A stretch of 64,000 nucleotides of DNA from Geosiphon pyriformis uo1 (GCA_016748015.1 JAAOMT010000741.1:124001-188000), one strand, 5' to 3'. Positions 1 to 13,630 are shown, counted from the stretch's first letter. Notes: generated by a model not told the origin, from the sequence alone. Translations and numbers: made by a program.

Positions 1-618
1 CAAGTTTATTTCTCTGTAAGTCCTCCAAGAGTAAGTAATTTTTAAGTAAGTTTTATTCTTCCGTAAGTCTTTCAAGAGTAAATTCTTTAATCAAGTTAGT
101 AGACAACAAATAAAATAAAGAAAGATAAAAGAGAAAATAAGAAATAAGCCAAGGTGATTTGCAAGTTAGTATCCCGTCAATAGCCGTGATTAAAAACTAT
201 TGTTCCAGTATGGTTAAGTATCAGTTACTATCAACATGAAGTGTTGATAATAAAGAATGAATTTGATATAGTGAATAATTATTTATTTGAGGATTGTGGT
301 AACTAGGCTAGGAATTCTTGATGTCAATTCTGTCTTTTCTGTTTCCAACACTACTGCTATATATACATATTTGAGATTCTTCAATTCCTCAATTCTTTGT
401 GACAGAAATCCTGGAATTCCTGGAATCTTGCAATTCCTGATAAAAGGAATCCTGGAATTCTGGAATCCTGCGATTCCTTGTCAGAGAATCCTGAAATTCC
501 TGGAATCCTGCAATTCCTCTGAAAGGAATCTTGGAATTCTACCTTTACTATGTCTACATCTGATTGGCTAATATCTACTAACTAATACTACTATATTTTT
601 TATATTCTATGAGTAACA
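1..618 (-). repeat. 3' LTR of element A (partial)
   Basis: Homologous to 18153-19022 and 44941-45872; ends ...ctatgagtaaca at 618 (TG start on minus strand); contains GGAATTCC/GGAATCC repeat array. Confidence 0.9.
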
Positions 619-816
619 TTATCATGATTTTGTTAACGGTATTTTCTGTTTTTTTCTGTGTTCTATGTGGCAATGTCTTTCTAGTGTCTTGATATTGAAT
701 AATTTGTTGATTAATTATAATTTTCATCTCTTGGTGTTGAATTAATTAAAAGAGTTGTTGTGCTAGTGAGTGGATATTGTCTGTAATTTCCATTTTTCTG
801 ATCTTTCTTGTTGCAT

Positions 817-2217
817 CTACCATGTCTTTATATATTCTTTTGATGAATTAATTAACGTATTGTTGTCAATAATGATGATTGGTTTTAGATCTCATGGAAT
901 CTCCTCTGATTGGACTAGTATCTTCTGTACTCCTAATTGTGAAATATTACTGGTGAATAGTAGTGTGATGTTGTGATATAGTTTTAGTCAATCTCTATGT
1001 GCTGCTTTGATTAAGATTTTGTTATCCAGTCTTAATTTGTAAGCTTCATTCTCTAAAATTTCTTCTATGTGAAATAGTCCATCCCATTTGGGTTTGAATT
1101 TTCCACTCCATTGTTTTTCCACTTTGGTACTTTGTCTCCAATCTTGAATTCAACTGGTTTGTTTGGTAGTTAATTATCATGTCTTTTTTTCTGTTTCTCT
1201 TGTGACTTTTGTATGTTATCAACTGCTCTTCTTCATTTGTTTTCCAATGTTTTCATTAAGTTATATGTTCTTCTTAACAATGTTTCTTAGAAATTCTCTT
1301 CTGTTATTGGTTCAGTTGGATATGTGTTAACCTCTATCTCAATTGGTAATGTTGCTGTTCTACCGTATATCAATTCAAATGGTGTTGCTTGTGTGGTGTC
1401 TTGCTTCATTGTCCAATAAGCAAATAATACTGATGATATGAACAAATCTCATTCGTTCTGGTTTTTTTGGCTGAGTTTCGCTATTGCTTCACACAATGTT
1501 CTATTAAATCTTTCAACTAATCCATTGGTTTGTGGATGGTATGGTAATGATAGTGGTCTTTTAATTCCGAATCTTTGGCTTAGTTCTGCTAATGTTCTAT
1601 TCACAAAATAGGTTCCTTGGTCTGATAATAGTTTTTTTGGACATCTATGTCAACAAATCAGATCTTGATGAATGAATTTGGCAATAGATTCTGCATCCAT
1701 TCTTTGAATTGCTTTGGCTTCTGGCCATTTAGTAAGATAGTCCATGACTATTGCAATATATCTGTTGCCTCTGCTGGTAATTGTCAATGGTCCGACTAAA
1801 TCGATTTCAATGCAGTCAAATGGTTGTCTCACTTTGATTGGTCTCAATGGTTTGCTGAGTCTTTGTTCCTTTTCTTCTTTGACAAGCATCACAATTTTGC
1901 ACATATTGAATGATGTCTGGATACATTAATGGCCAATAGTATCTCTTTCTGGTTCTTTCCATAGTTGTTTCTTTATGGAAATGTCCTGCAGTTGGATCTG
2001 AGTGCATGTTGAACAGTATTGTCTTTTTTTCTGATTCTGTAATTACTCTGATTGGTTGATCTGAATCTTTTCTATTTTTCTGATAAAGTATATTTTGATA
2101 AATGATAAAATATTTGGATTGTTATTTGATCCTCTTTTGTTCTGGTTGAGATAATTTTTCTTTGAACTGTTGAGTATCTATATAATATTAAAGTTGTTGA
2201 TATTTTTGTGTGTTCAT
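817..2217 (-). pseudogene. Integrase ORF of element A (HHCC zinc finger, DDE core, GPY/F-like C-terminus), disrupted
   Basis: MHSDPTAGH...CDAC; IDLVGPL...DYLTKWPEA; SDQGT; HPQTNGLVERFNRT; own ATG at 2217; stops and frameshifts. Confidence 0.88.
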
Positions 2218-2278
2218 CTTTTGTTATATTTTCGTGAGTATTGTTTTGGTTTTGTTATATTTTTGGGTTGAAATGTTC

Positions 2279-5082
2279 TTAAATTTGTCTTATTCACGAC
2301 AAACTGTCAGCATTTCCATTGTTTTTTTCTTTTTTATAATGTATGGTATAAGTATATGTCAAAAGAGCCATTTTCTATCTTGATTGTCTTTTGTCTCCAA
2401 ATTCTTGTTTTTGGAGTGATGTCAATCCTTTGTGATCTGTGTACACTTCAAACTTTTGGCTCAAGTATTCTTTCTATTTTATAACTGCCCAATAGATTGC
2501 TAGATATTCTAATTTTGGTGTTCCATAGTTTTTTTCAGCTGGAGTCAAACTTCAGCTGGCATATGTGACTGGATGTTCTCTTCCATCCAATTCTCTCCGA
2601 GATAATATTGTTCCTAATGTTTGACCTGATGTATCAGTAGTGATAATGAATAGTTTACTATGATCTGAATAAATCAATACTGGAGCTTGAATAAGCTTTC
2701 TTCTTAAGATGTCAAATGCTTCTTGCTGGGTTTTAGTCCATTCATACTTTGCATTTTTGGTTTGAAGATTATTGAGTGGTTGTGCTATCTTTGAAAAATT
2801 CTTTATAAAGTGTCTATAATAGCTTGCAAATCCCAAAAATGATTTCAGCTCGATTACATTGGTTGGTATTAGAAAGTTCTTTACTATCTCTATTTTTTCT
2901 GGATCTGTTTTTATGCCATCTTTGCTAACTATATGTCCCAAGAATTTCAGTTCTGTTTTGCCAAAAAAACACTTTGTTGTATTCAATTTTAATCCTGCTC
3001 ATTATAGTCTTTCGAACACTTGTTGGAGATAACATAGATGATTATCAAATGTTTTTGAGAACACATTGGTGTTATCCAAATATACAACTACTAATTTTTA
3101 TAATAAGCTGGTATACACAATTTCTATTAGCCATTGAAATGTAGCTGAAGCATTGGTTAAGCTGAATAGCATAACTTCAAACTCAAAGTTTCCCTCTCTT
3201 GTGGTAAATACTGTTTTTTTTTTGTTGGCTGGATCCATAGCTACTTGCCAGTAACTACTATCCAAGTCTAATGTTGAGAACTATTTGTTTTTACCAAAAG
3301 TGTCGAATAGTTCTTGTATCCATGGAGTTGGATAGCTGTCTCTATGAGTTACACCATTAAGTTTTCTGTAGTCTACACAAAATCGGATTTTTCCATTCTT
3401 CTTATGGACAAGTATTATTGATGACGACCATGGACTTATTGATAACTGAATTAACCCATTGTCAAGCATTCAGTTGATTTTTTGACAGATGATTTCATGG
3501 CTGGCTGGTGGTACCCTATATGCTTGTTGTTTGATTGGCATTGTATCTCCAGTCTTGATCTAATGCTGGATAATATTAGTTCTGCCAAATTCATTTTCAC
3601 TGGCGAAGATGTCATTGAAATTATTGAGTAACATTTTTAGTTGTATCTGTTGAAGTGGGTCTAGATTTCCCATATTTATTTGTTCCAATTGTTCTGGCTG
3701 TAACAAATAACATTCATTTTGTCCATAGATGGTTTGTGATGTAATGTCCACATATTCACAAAGCTGTGGAAAATCTGGAATGCTGCTTGGTGCTTGATCT
3801 TCAATTTTTGTGGTTAAATATCCAAGAGTGGTTCCTTCTGGTATTTCTACAACATTTCCAGTGTTGTTGTAGATGAGAATTTTGATATGATTATAGCTTT
3901 TGGCTAATATGTGTAGATTGATAAGTCCAATTTCTTCTGATTTACAAAGGGTTGTTTTTGCTTCAAAAATCTGTTCTTGCTCCTTCTTTCTCCTTTTTAT
4001 TGCTAACATATATTGGCTATATGGTGAAATGGAAATTGTTTGACCAGTTGAGATAATTTGGCCAATAATTTCTTTCTCCACCATATTGACTGGTACATCT
4101 ATTCTACCCATTGATCTAAATCTCTGTATCCCTCTTACTGTTATCCCTAATTCTTTCTTATTTCTCACTGAAACTAACTGAGCTATTTTTACCAGAGGCA
4201 GGAATATTGCTTGTGCTATTCTTTCATTTGGCTCTATAACATAGGCCTTTTCTGAGTCATTTTGTAGCATAGCAATGATATTTCCTACATATTCTGCATC
4301 AATTATTTCTCCTCTGATGTTTATTTCTTTTTTCGCTAAACTATTCCTAGATGCTAATTGAACCATTGTCATTGCTAGAATTTTCAGTGCTATTTTCAGA
4401 TCAATACAAGTGCGCAAATGGGATTCTAATTTGATGGCGTCTTTTCCTGAGTATCTCAGATCAAATCCTGTATTAATATTATGTGCACATTCTGGCATGA
4501 TATTTTCATCATTATTACTGAACCATTTCAGTTCTTGCTTCTTGGTAAGGTCAGGGAGTGTGATATATTGTTCGTAGTTTGAATCAGAGTTTAAATCTGA
4601 GTTAGAAACATTGTCATTGTTATAGCCATTTTAAATAGAGCTGGAACCGTTATTTTTGTTATCGTCATTGTTGGAGTTTGAATTGGGGTTAGAACTTGAT
4701 TCTGATTCTGATGTGCAGCTGTTAATTGGTTCTTCTTCTTTAGGGATTGTGTAGATCATGCGTAGTGGTGGATTGTAGATAAGATCACAATCATCACAGA
4801 ATTGGAAGTCACATAGAATCAAACAATAGTTACATAATTGGGTGTTGATTTCTTCCAAGCATTGCTCTTGCTCTTCTCTCATGGGTGCTAGATTCTGATA
4901 GTGTTCATGGAATTCTTCTGGGCTGTTTTCTAAGTTGATAAAGATGTCTGGGTTGAGAACCAAAACAATGTCTGTTGGTTCTGAAGGGTTATTCTTGATC
5001 TCCAGAATTTCACTGAACAAAGCACCTTCTACTTTGGCATTGGTTATTTGCCAGATCTCGTTCTCGTCGTGTGGATAGTCGT
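2279..5082 (-). pseudogene. Element A pol, 3' part: end of Cys-rich domain, dUTPase, RT, RNase H
   Basis: ORFs 4631-5020, 3560-4498 (GFDLRY..ASRNSLAKK..ERIAQAIFLP), 3281-3469, 2552-2986 (FLGHIVSKDGI, TDTSG). Confidence 0.9.
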
Positions 5083-6066
5083 TGTTACCAGACGAAATTA
5101 GAGCTATTATTTAGCATGAAATTATCTTATAATTCCTATTATTAATTAGCATATATTATCATTTCAAATGATTACTTATTACATTAGCAAAAATGTCCGA
5201 AATTATCATTTAATTAATAACCCAAATTGTACACAACACAAATGTAACCTAATTGTGATGATTAATCATGCAATATCCTGAACTATGTAACATTCAAAAA
5301 GTTTGCCGAAATTTGTAGAAATTCACCGAAATAATTGATAGTTCACCGAAATATCTAATAGTTCGCCAAAATAACTTATAATTTGCTGAAATGTATCTTT
5401 AGTTCAGCAAAATTTTAGAAAATAGCAAAGTTCAAGTTCATAGAATAGTGTTACAACAAGTTGTATAAAAGAAGAGCTTCTCTCTTCGAGAAAATGTATC
5501 TTACTTTAGATTTATCTTTTAAAAAACCATTTCTATACACACAAAAAGAAATAAATATCAAATAATTCAAAAAACCAAATTCTCTAAATTATTGTACTTG
5601 GAAAATTCCCAAAACCCAATTAACATTTCGAAATTGATTAGCTACCAATTTCAGTAAACTGTTAGTGACTCCAGGCCTGGATAGAAAACGTTTCCTTTGA
5701 TAAGATCCTATTTCTTTTACATTTCTTTTATTTTTCTTTTCTTTTCTTATTACAATTATTAGGGTAGCCTACAGACGAGATTCCTGTAGAAGAGTTGACT
5801 TTCACAGCAAAGTAACTACACATTTTTAGTGAGCTTCCAGATGAGCAATTCCTGAGAAAGAGTTGATGTTTACTACAACGTAACTACATAAAACAACTGG
5901 CACGGAATTGGTCATTCTACTCATAAGCCCAGCAAGTTCAAATTATAGGAGATAATTTGAAGATAAATTCAGTTACTGGAGGTTCAACTACATCCAGAAA
6001 ATGTGAATTCACAGCAAATAAGTATCAACAACATTACAGAAAAGAGACCAAAAACCTCCGGTAATA
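5083..6066 (+). repeat. 5' LTR of element B
   Basis: Colinear with 13631-14614, about 95% identical by manual comparison. Confidence 0.95.
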
Positions 6067-6084
6067 TTTGGTGCTCTCCCATAG
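6067..6084 (+). promoter_or_regulatory. Primer-binding site of element B
   Basis: TTTGGTGCTCTCCCATAG directly after the LTR; TGG is complementary to the tRNA CCA end. Confidence 0.8.
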
Positions 6085-6111
6085 AAACAACACAGCAAAA
6101 ACAAATTCAAA

Positions 6112-9100
6112 GTGGTGACCACACCAGACGCAACAACTCTAGAGTATTACCAATCAATTTACACCCACTGCAAGCAAAGATTCAACATTCCAGATGGAAT
6201 TGAAATTGTTAAGAAATCAGTATACCAATACATTGAAAACTGCATCAACAATTATCTTTTTGGAAATTACAATATCTCAGAAGTTAGAAGCAACCTTTAC
6301 AATAATTTAGCACACTATTCACAATTGGGAACTGAAGACCTTAATAGTGAAACACTTGCCACTTACTTTCACGAACTTAATTATAACATTATCAAATACT
6401 GTGAAAAAACATATCCAGTGCAGTCTCAATACACTATTGATTTTGAATCGGAAACAGAAACAAGCAACAAAGGCAAAAACAAATTAAAGCAATATTCAAG
6501 AACCACTCCAAATACTCCAACACTACCGAAAACAACTGCTAAACATTTACAAACACCTGAACAAGGAACCAGTTCAAAACTTCCACTTACTATCACACTN
6601 NNNNNNNNNNNNNNNNNNNNNNNNNNNNNNNNNNNNNNNNNNNNNNNNNNNNNNNNNNNNNNNNNNNNNNNNNNNNNNNNNNNNNNNNNNNNNNNNNNNN
6701 NNNNNNNNNNNNNNNNNNNNNNNNNNNNNNNNNNNNNNNNNNNNNNNNNNNNNNNNNNNNNNNNNNNNNNNNNNNNNNNNNNNNNNNNNNNNNNNNNNNN
6801 NNNNNNNNNNNNNNNNNNNNNNNNNNNNNNNNNNNNNNNNNNNNNNNNNNNNNNNNNNNNNNNNNNNNNNNNNNNNNNNNNNNNNNNNNNNNNNNNNNNN
6901 NNNNNNNNNNNNNNNNNNNNNNNNNNNNNNNNNNNNNNNNNNNNNNNNNNNNNNNNNNNNNNNNNNNNNNNNNNNNNNNNNNNNNNNNNNNNNNNNNNNN
7001 NNNNNNNNNNNNNNNNNNNNNNNNNNNNNNNNNNNNNNNNNNNNNNNNNNNNNNNNNNNNNNNNNNNNNNNNNNNNNNNNNNNNNNNNNNNNNNNNNNNN
7101 NNNNNNNNNNNNNNNNNNNNNNNNNNNNNNNNNNNNNNNNNNNNNNNNNNNNNNNNNNNNNNNNNNNNNNNNNNNNNNNNNNNNNNNNNNNNNNNNNNNN
7201 NNNNNNNNNNNNNNNNNNNNNNNNNNNNNNNNNNNNNNNNNNNNNNNNNNNNNNNNNNNNNNNCAACAACAACCCCAAAGATATCAACCACCCCAAAGAC
7301 GAAATCAAAATAACTTTGCACCACTTTCAAATAACCAGCCCCAGAATTGCCATTACTGTAGAATCTCTGGTCACTGGAAAAAAGATTGCAGAAAGCTACA
7401 GCGAGACCAACAAAACAGAGGTAATCAACATTACTTTCCACCACAGCAATCTTATTATCAACCATTACCACCAGCTTACTATTCACCAAGACCCCAATAC
7501 CAAAATAACTATTATCAGTCCACCCCACAACCAATCCAACAGCAATACCAACAATCACCCACACAACATTATCAAGTACCTGCTCGAAGACTGATTACAC
7601 AAAATCAATTTACACCACAAAACTAATACCAAGTAAACAACAATAGAATCAGTCCGAACAACCAATTGGTTCTCCAAAATACCACTCAACCAAGATCCAA
7701 CCCTTACCACACTCAACCCAGTTATTTAACAATGCTGGAAGAACAGGATTTTCACCATACTGCACCTTCGGAAGGTAGAGCTGCAGCCCAACAACAACGA
7801 AACCCTTCTCATAACCACACCACTATTCCACCAGCCTGAATTGCTGAAAACGCCAATTTCTCTGATATCTTTCCTTTTGAATTTGAAGCAAATGAATCAC
7901 CATTCTTGCTTAGCAATGCAGTGGCTAATGAGTAAAAAGCCATTACTGCAATGTACGTAGAAGCTAAAGTAAAAGGAAAGCCAATTCATTTGATCCTAAA
8001 CAGTGGATCCGCCGGAAGCATTATTACCTACTAATTAATACAACAGTTGAAAAAAAATGTCGACCGACCAGCTCAAACAGTAATTGTCACTGCCGATGGC
8101 ATGAAAAAGACTCCAGTAGAAGAAATTGACAATTTTCTATTCACTTTTGATGGAATCACCATTCCAGTCAAAGTTCTTGTAATGAACGCACCCCAGTACC
8201 AAGCCCTCGTCGGAAATGATTGGCTTTAAAAAGCCAATGCTAATCTGAACTGGGAAACACAAGAGTTAACAATCTCTTACCAAGGACAACACGCCTGGGT
8301 ACCTGCCATTTGTGATACATTCAACAAACGCTCTGAAAAAGCCCTGGCTTTTGAATTTGAACCAGAAGAAGAAAAACCAATAATTGAAACATTCATGGCT
8401 CTTGGATCAATGTCCAACTGGGCCGATGAAACAGAACAAGAACATTTTACACCACACACTAAATCTGAAACCTCTGGATGGAATATACCTTACTCAAAAC
8501 CCGAACCAAGAAAACAACGCCCCTATATTCCCCTTAAATGTAAGAACTGCCACAAGAAACTATCATCAATGGGAGCCTGCATTTCACCTGAAGAAGAATA
8601 TGAGAATCATACTTGTTATTACTGCAAGGCTTGCCACAGAGAGTGATGGGGCCATCTAATAAAAAGGAGCGGAAAATAGGACAACACCCCTTGTTTGACT
8701 TGTGGGAATATGCTACCAGAAGAATGCAATTGGATTGATGTAGCAATGAGAGGAGACATCTGCAATCAGACCTGCCAATATGCTTTATCAATTTCAGAAA
8801 AAGTAAAAAGAGGAACACCCTTTAATGCAACATACAACCATGCTCTCAACAAATTTTATCACTACCCTCATGATGCCAAGATGATTTTCGACTTAGCAAT
8901 GGCATTAATTAATGGAGCTACCAAAGAAGATGTTCGTCAAATGAAGGAAGCAGAATACATTGAATACACTATAGAATTAGCTGAATTCGATTACGAAGAT
9001 GAAGTAGAAGTCTATTACCAAATTGCAAGTTATACCTACCTGACCCAAGAAGCTCAAATTCAACGATTAGAGCAAATGAACATTAGGCTATGTGAAGAAT

Positions 9101-11532
9101 ACATTATGCCTTGCGATGAACAATGGTGTCCTGAATGCTATGCTCTTAGTATCCCCTTGCCCAGTGAAAATGATGAGAATGAAATTAAATTTGGAGAACC
9201 TGAAGAAACAGAAAAAATTGAAACAACACTCATCTACCTTATCGAAAATCAGCCTGCCTTACAACTTAAATACTTCAACAACAATGGACAAGGAATAAAA
9301 CCTGAAAAAGCACACGAAATTGATGCTGGATATGACCTAAGATATCCAGGCAAGGATACTCTTGTTCTCAAACCCAAATCTCTTACAAAAATCAACCTCA
9401 AAATTGCACTCGAAATCCCACCAAGAGCAATGGTTCAAATTGCCTTTCGGTCCTCTCTGGCAAGCAAAGGAATCAATGTCAGAGGAGAAATAATCAATGC
9501 TGGATATACTGGAGACATAACAGTAATGCTTCAAAATGAAACTGACAAACCATTCAAGATCAAACATGCTGAAAAAATCGCCCAAGCTATTTACCTACCC
9601 TTAATCAACATTTCGGGTTTGCAACTAGTCAATCAAAGAGAACAATTAGGAAAAAGTGATAGAGGAACCTAAGGCTTTGGTTCAACTGGACGATTCACAG
9701 TTCCAGTTAATATAGCTCTTAACACACAGAACGAATCCCACCAGATTCTCAGACTTCCACAACCGATTACCATCTCACCCTTTGAAGAACATCCAGAAAT
9801 CTACACTTGCACAAAGCCAACAACCACACAACAAATTTTTGAGTCCAATGAACAAGTCTGCTTGGAACATAATATTTTGATCCCAAACATTTATATTCCA
9901 GAAGAAACAAAGAAAGTCCGAATTACTTTTTACAATCCCAATAATTACCCCATAATTTTATTAAATAATTTAGAAATTGGAGTTATTCACAGTAATATAT
10001 TTCAACAAGAGTTATCCCAAACAGTCCCCGATTTCTCTGAAATTATTGGACATTCACTACCGAAAATCAACCCAAACCCTAGCTCTGAAAACTACCATGT
10101 TGTCATGGAAAAACTATCTCGAATCAACATGGGACAACTTGAACTACAACAACAGACCCAGCTCAAAGAACTAATTGCAAAATTTGCTGATATCTTCGTT
10201 GAAAACAACAATGACTTAGGAAGAACTGATTTGGTTCAACACCAAATCTATACAGGAGATGTCAAACCCAGGCAACAACAAGCCTACCGAGTTGCTCCAG
10301 AAAGTCACCAATTTATCCAAGAAGAAGTACAATGGATGCTTAACAATGAGCTTATTCAACCATCAATGAGCCCATGGGCCTTACCTGTGGTTCTAGTTAA
10401 AAAGAAAAATGAAAAGATACGATTTTGTGTTGATTACCGACAACTCAACAGTGTCACCATTGGGGATGCCTACCCTCTGCCCCAAATTGATAACATGTTG
10501 GATGCCCTTGAAAAGTCCAAATACTTTTCAACATTAGATTTAGAGAATGGATACTGGCAAGTTGCTATGGATCCCAAAGACCGCCCCAAAACAGTATTCA
10601 CCACTCAAGAAGGAAATTACGAGTTCAATGTAATGTCTTTCGGATTATGCAATGCACCAGCAATATTCCAAAGACTCATGGATGTTGTTTACAAAGGCCT
10701 CCTTTGGAAATCAGTAGTAGTTTATCTTGATGACACTAATGTTTATTCACCATCTTTCGAGCTATATTTAATTTACCTGCGAGAAGTTTTTCAACGATTA
10801 CGGAAAGCAGGATTGAAATTGAACATTGAAAAATGCTACTTCAGAAAGACAAGTTTAGCTTTTCTTGGTCACATTGTTAGCAAAGATGGAATTAAACCAG
10901 ACTTCGGAAAAATCAGTACTGTCAAAAACTTCAAGACTCCACGAAATACCACAGAATTAAGAGGATTTATTGGATTAGCATCCTATTACCGAAAATTTAT
11001 CAAAGAATTCTCAGAAATTGTAAAACCCCTCAACCAGCTCACTATGAAAAATGTCGAATACAAATAGACAAAAGAATACCAAAATGCCTTCAAGATACTC
11101 AAAGAAAAACTCACAACAGCCCCAATCCTCACCTACCCAGACTTCAGCAACCGATTCCGGTTAGCAACTGACGCTTCTTATACTGCCTTTGGTGCCATCC
11201 TATCACAGTTAGATGACAATGGAAATGAGCGAGTAATTGCTTATGCTAGTAGAACATTAAAGCCAGCTGAAAAGAACTACCCTGCAACAGAATTAGAAAC
11301 CGCAGCAGTAATCTGGGCCCTATATTACTTCAACCTTTACCTCAGACCCAAAGAATTCGATATTATCACTGATAATATTGGACTTAAATGGCTTCAAAAC
11401 AAAAACACCCAGCTGAATGCAAAACAAACCCAATAGACAGGATTTTTAGCTAATTACCAATACATCGTACATCACAAACCAAGAAAACTCCACACCAACG
11501 TTAATTGTCTCTCAAGGATGAGGCAAGATTAG
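6112..11532 (+). pseudogene. Element B Gag-PR-Cys-rich-dUTPase-RT-RNase H polyprotein (single frame after the gap, several nonsense mutations)
   Basis: CHYCRISGHWKKDC zinc knuckle; LILNSGSAGS protease; AGYDLRYPG...KIAQAIYLP...DRGT*GFGSTG dUTPase; VYLDD RT; TDAS RNase H; ORFs 8047, 8695 and 9862 all in one frame. Confidence 0.92.
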
Positions 11533-11580
11533 AAACAAAACCAACACCCATTTGAATTAACAGCATCAAAACAACAAACA

Positions 11581-13250
11581 ATAAACCCCGAAAACTACAA
11601 CAATCTCAAACAATATTTGGAGACATTAACAATCCCAACAGATTGGTCTTCAGATAAAAAACATCGGTTACAACAACAAGCCAAACAATATTTTCTACAC
11701 AACAACATTATCTATTATCAAAATTTCAAAAACCCAACCAAACCACTCAGATTAATACAAGAACAGGAAAAAGAGACCATTTTATACAACATGCACTCGG
11801 ATCCTTCATCAGCACANNNNNNNNNNNNNNNNNNNNAACAGCATCAAAACAACAAACAATAAACCCCGAAAACTACAACAATCTCAAACAATATTTGGAG
11901 ACATTAACAATCCCAACAGATTGGTCTTCAGATAAAAAACATCGGTTACAACAACAAGCCAAACAATATTTTCTACACAACAACATTATCTATTATCAAA
12001 ATTTCAAAAACCCAACCAAACCACTCAGATTAATACAAGAACAGGAAAAAGAGACCATTTTATACAACATGCACTCGGATCCTTCATCAGCACACTTCGG
12101 AAAAGATAGCACCACCCAAAGAATACTAGAATACTACTTTTGGCCTCAAATAAGAAAAGACATTCACGAATATGTCGAATCTTGTGATAGTTGTCAAAGA
12201 AAAGGAGGAACTCGCCCTACAGAACCTTTAAATCCAATCAAAGTTAAACAGTCTTTTGACAGAGTTGGTATCAATTTAGTTGGACCACTATCTATCACCA
12301 CTCAAGGAAACCGTTATATTGCAGTAGCTGTAGACTATCTTACTAAATGGCCTGAAGCCAGAGCCATTCAATGAGCAGATGCAAAATCAGTAGCAAATTT
12401 TATCTACGAAGACATCATTTGTAGACATGGATGTCCAATTGAACTTTTATCTGATCAGGGAACACACTTTGTAAACAACCTGATACAAAAAATTTGTGAA
12501 CGATTCAATGTCAAAAGACCTCTGTCTTCGCCCTACCATCCACAAACAAATGGACTTATGGAACGTTTTAACAGAACATTGTGTGAGTCATTAGCCAAAG
12601 TCTCAACCGATTTTGAGCAAGAATAGGATCTCTTTATTCCATCAATGTTACTAACATATAGGACATTAAAACAAGATACCACGAAACACACACCATTTGA
12701 TTTAACTTATAAAAGGATGGCAACGTTACCAATTAGTTTCACAGTGGAAACATACCCAGCACAACTGATCGATGAAAACAATTTTCAAGAAACACTTCAG
12801 CGAAGAGCCTACACTCTGCTTAGTACATTGGAAGGAAAACGACGAATAGCAGCCACCCATATTGAACACTCCCAAGCTCAACAAAAAGAACAGCATGATA
12901 ACAAATTGCCTTTAGTCACCAATAAATTCAAAATTGGAAACAAAGTTCTCTTACACAGAACTAAAGCTGAAAAACAATGGAGTGGAAAATTTAAAAATAA
13001 ATGGGACGGACCATTCTTTATCCATGAAGTCCTAGGCAATGGATCATACAAGCTAAAACTTGATGACAAAATCTTAGCAAAAGTTGCACATGGAGATCGT
13101 TTGAAATACTATCATTCCAGAAACAATCTTGAACCATTAATTCCACAAATTGGTACACATTCCCCTTTGATCAGTCCCAAAGATATTCCCCGAAACTTAG
13201 AACCAATAGTTGTCATTGAACAAACCTTCCAACCTGAACATTTAATTTAA
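11581..13250 (+). pseudogene. Element B integrase ORF (contains an assembly duplication across a small gap)
   Basis: MHSDPSSAH..CDSC, DYLTKWPEA, SDQGTHF, WDGPFFIHEVLGNGSYKL; no chromodomain evident. Confidence 0.9.
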
Positions 13251-13630
13251 TTTTACTAGTTATTCTCTTATAATTTAGAAACAATCTCACAAAAACAAAA
13301 ACAAAAATAACATAAAAACCCATACACCAAAAATAATNNNNNNNNNNNNNNNNNNNNNNNNNNNNNNNNNNNNNNNNNNNNNNNNNNNNNNNNNNNNNNN
13401 NNNNNNNNNNNNNNNNNNNNNNNNNNNNNNNNNNNNNNNATTCCACACCTGTGAAAACGTACTACAAAACCCAATTTTTCAACCTTTGAAGATTCAATAC
13501 ATTGGAAAGCTCACAGAACTGAAATTTCAACAATTTTCAGACCAAATTTCTTCAATAATTTTGGATTATTATCTGGAAATAACAGACAGTACTTGGACTT
13601 TGATGGAGCTCAGTCTTGAGGAGGAGGTTA

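Noticed and set aside
370-545. CRISPR-like or satellite array
   Set aside because: No unique spacers; short degenerate units inside an LTR in a eukaryotic context
6067-6084. Assigning specific primer tRNAs to the PBS sequences
   Set aside because: Needs the host tRNA set; cannot be determined reliably by eye
11560-12093. Apparent tandem duplication of the integrase N-terminus in element B
   Set aside because: Identical copies flank a 20-N gap, typical of an unmerged contig overlap
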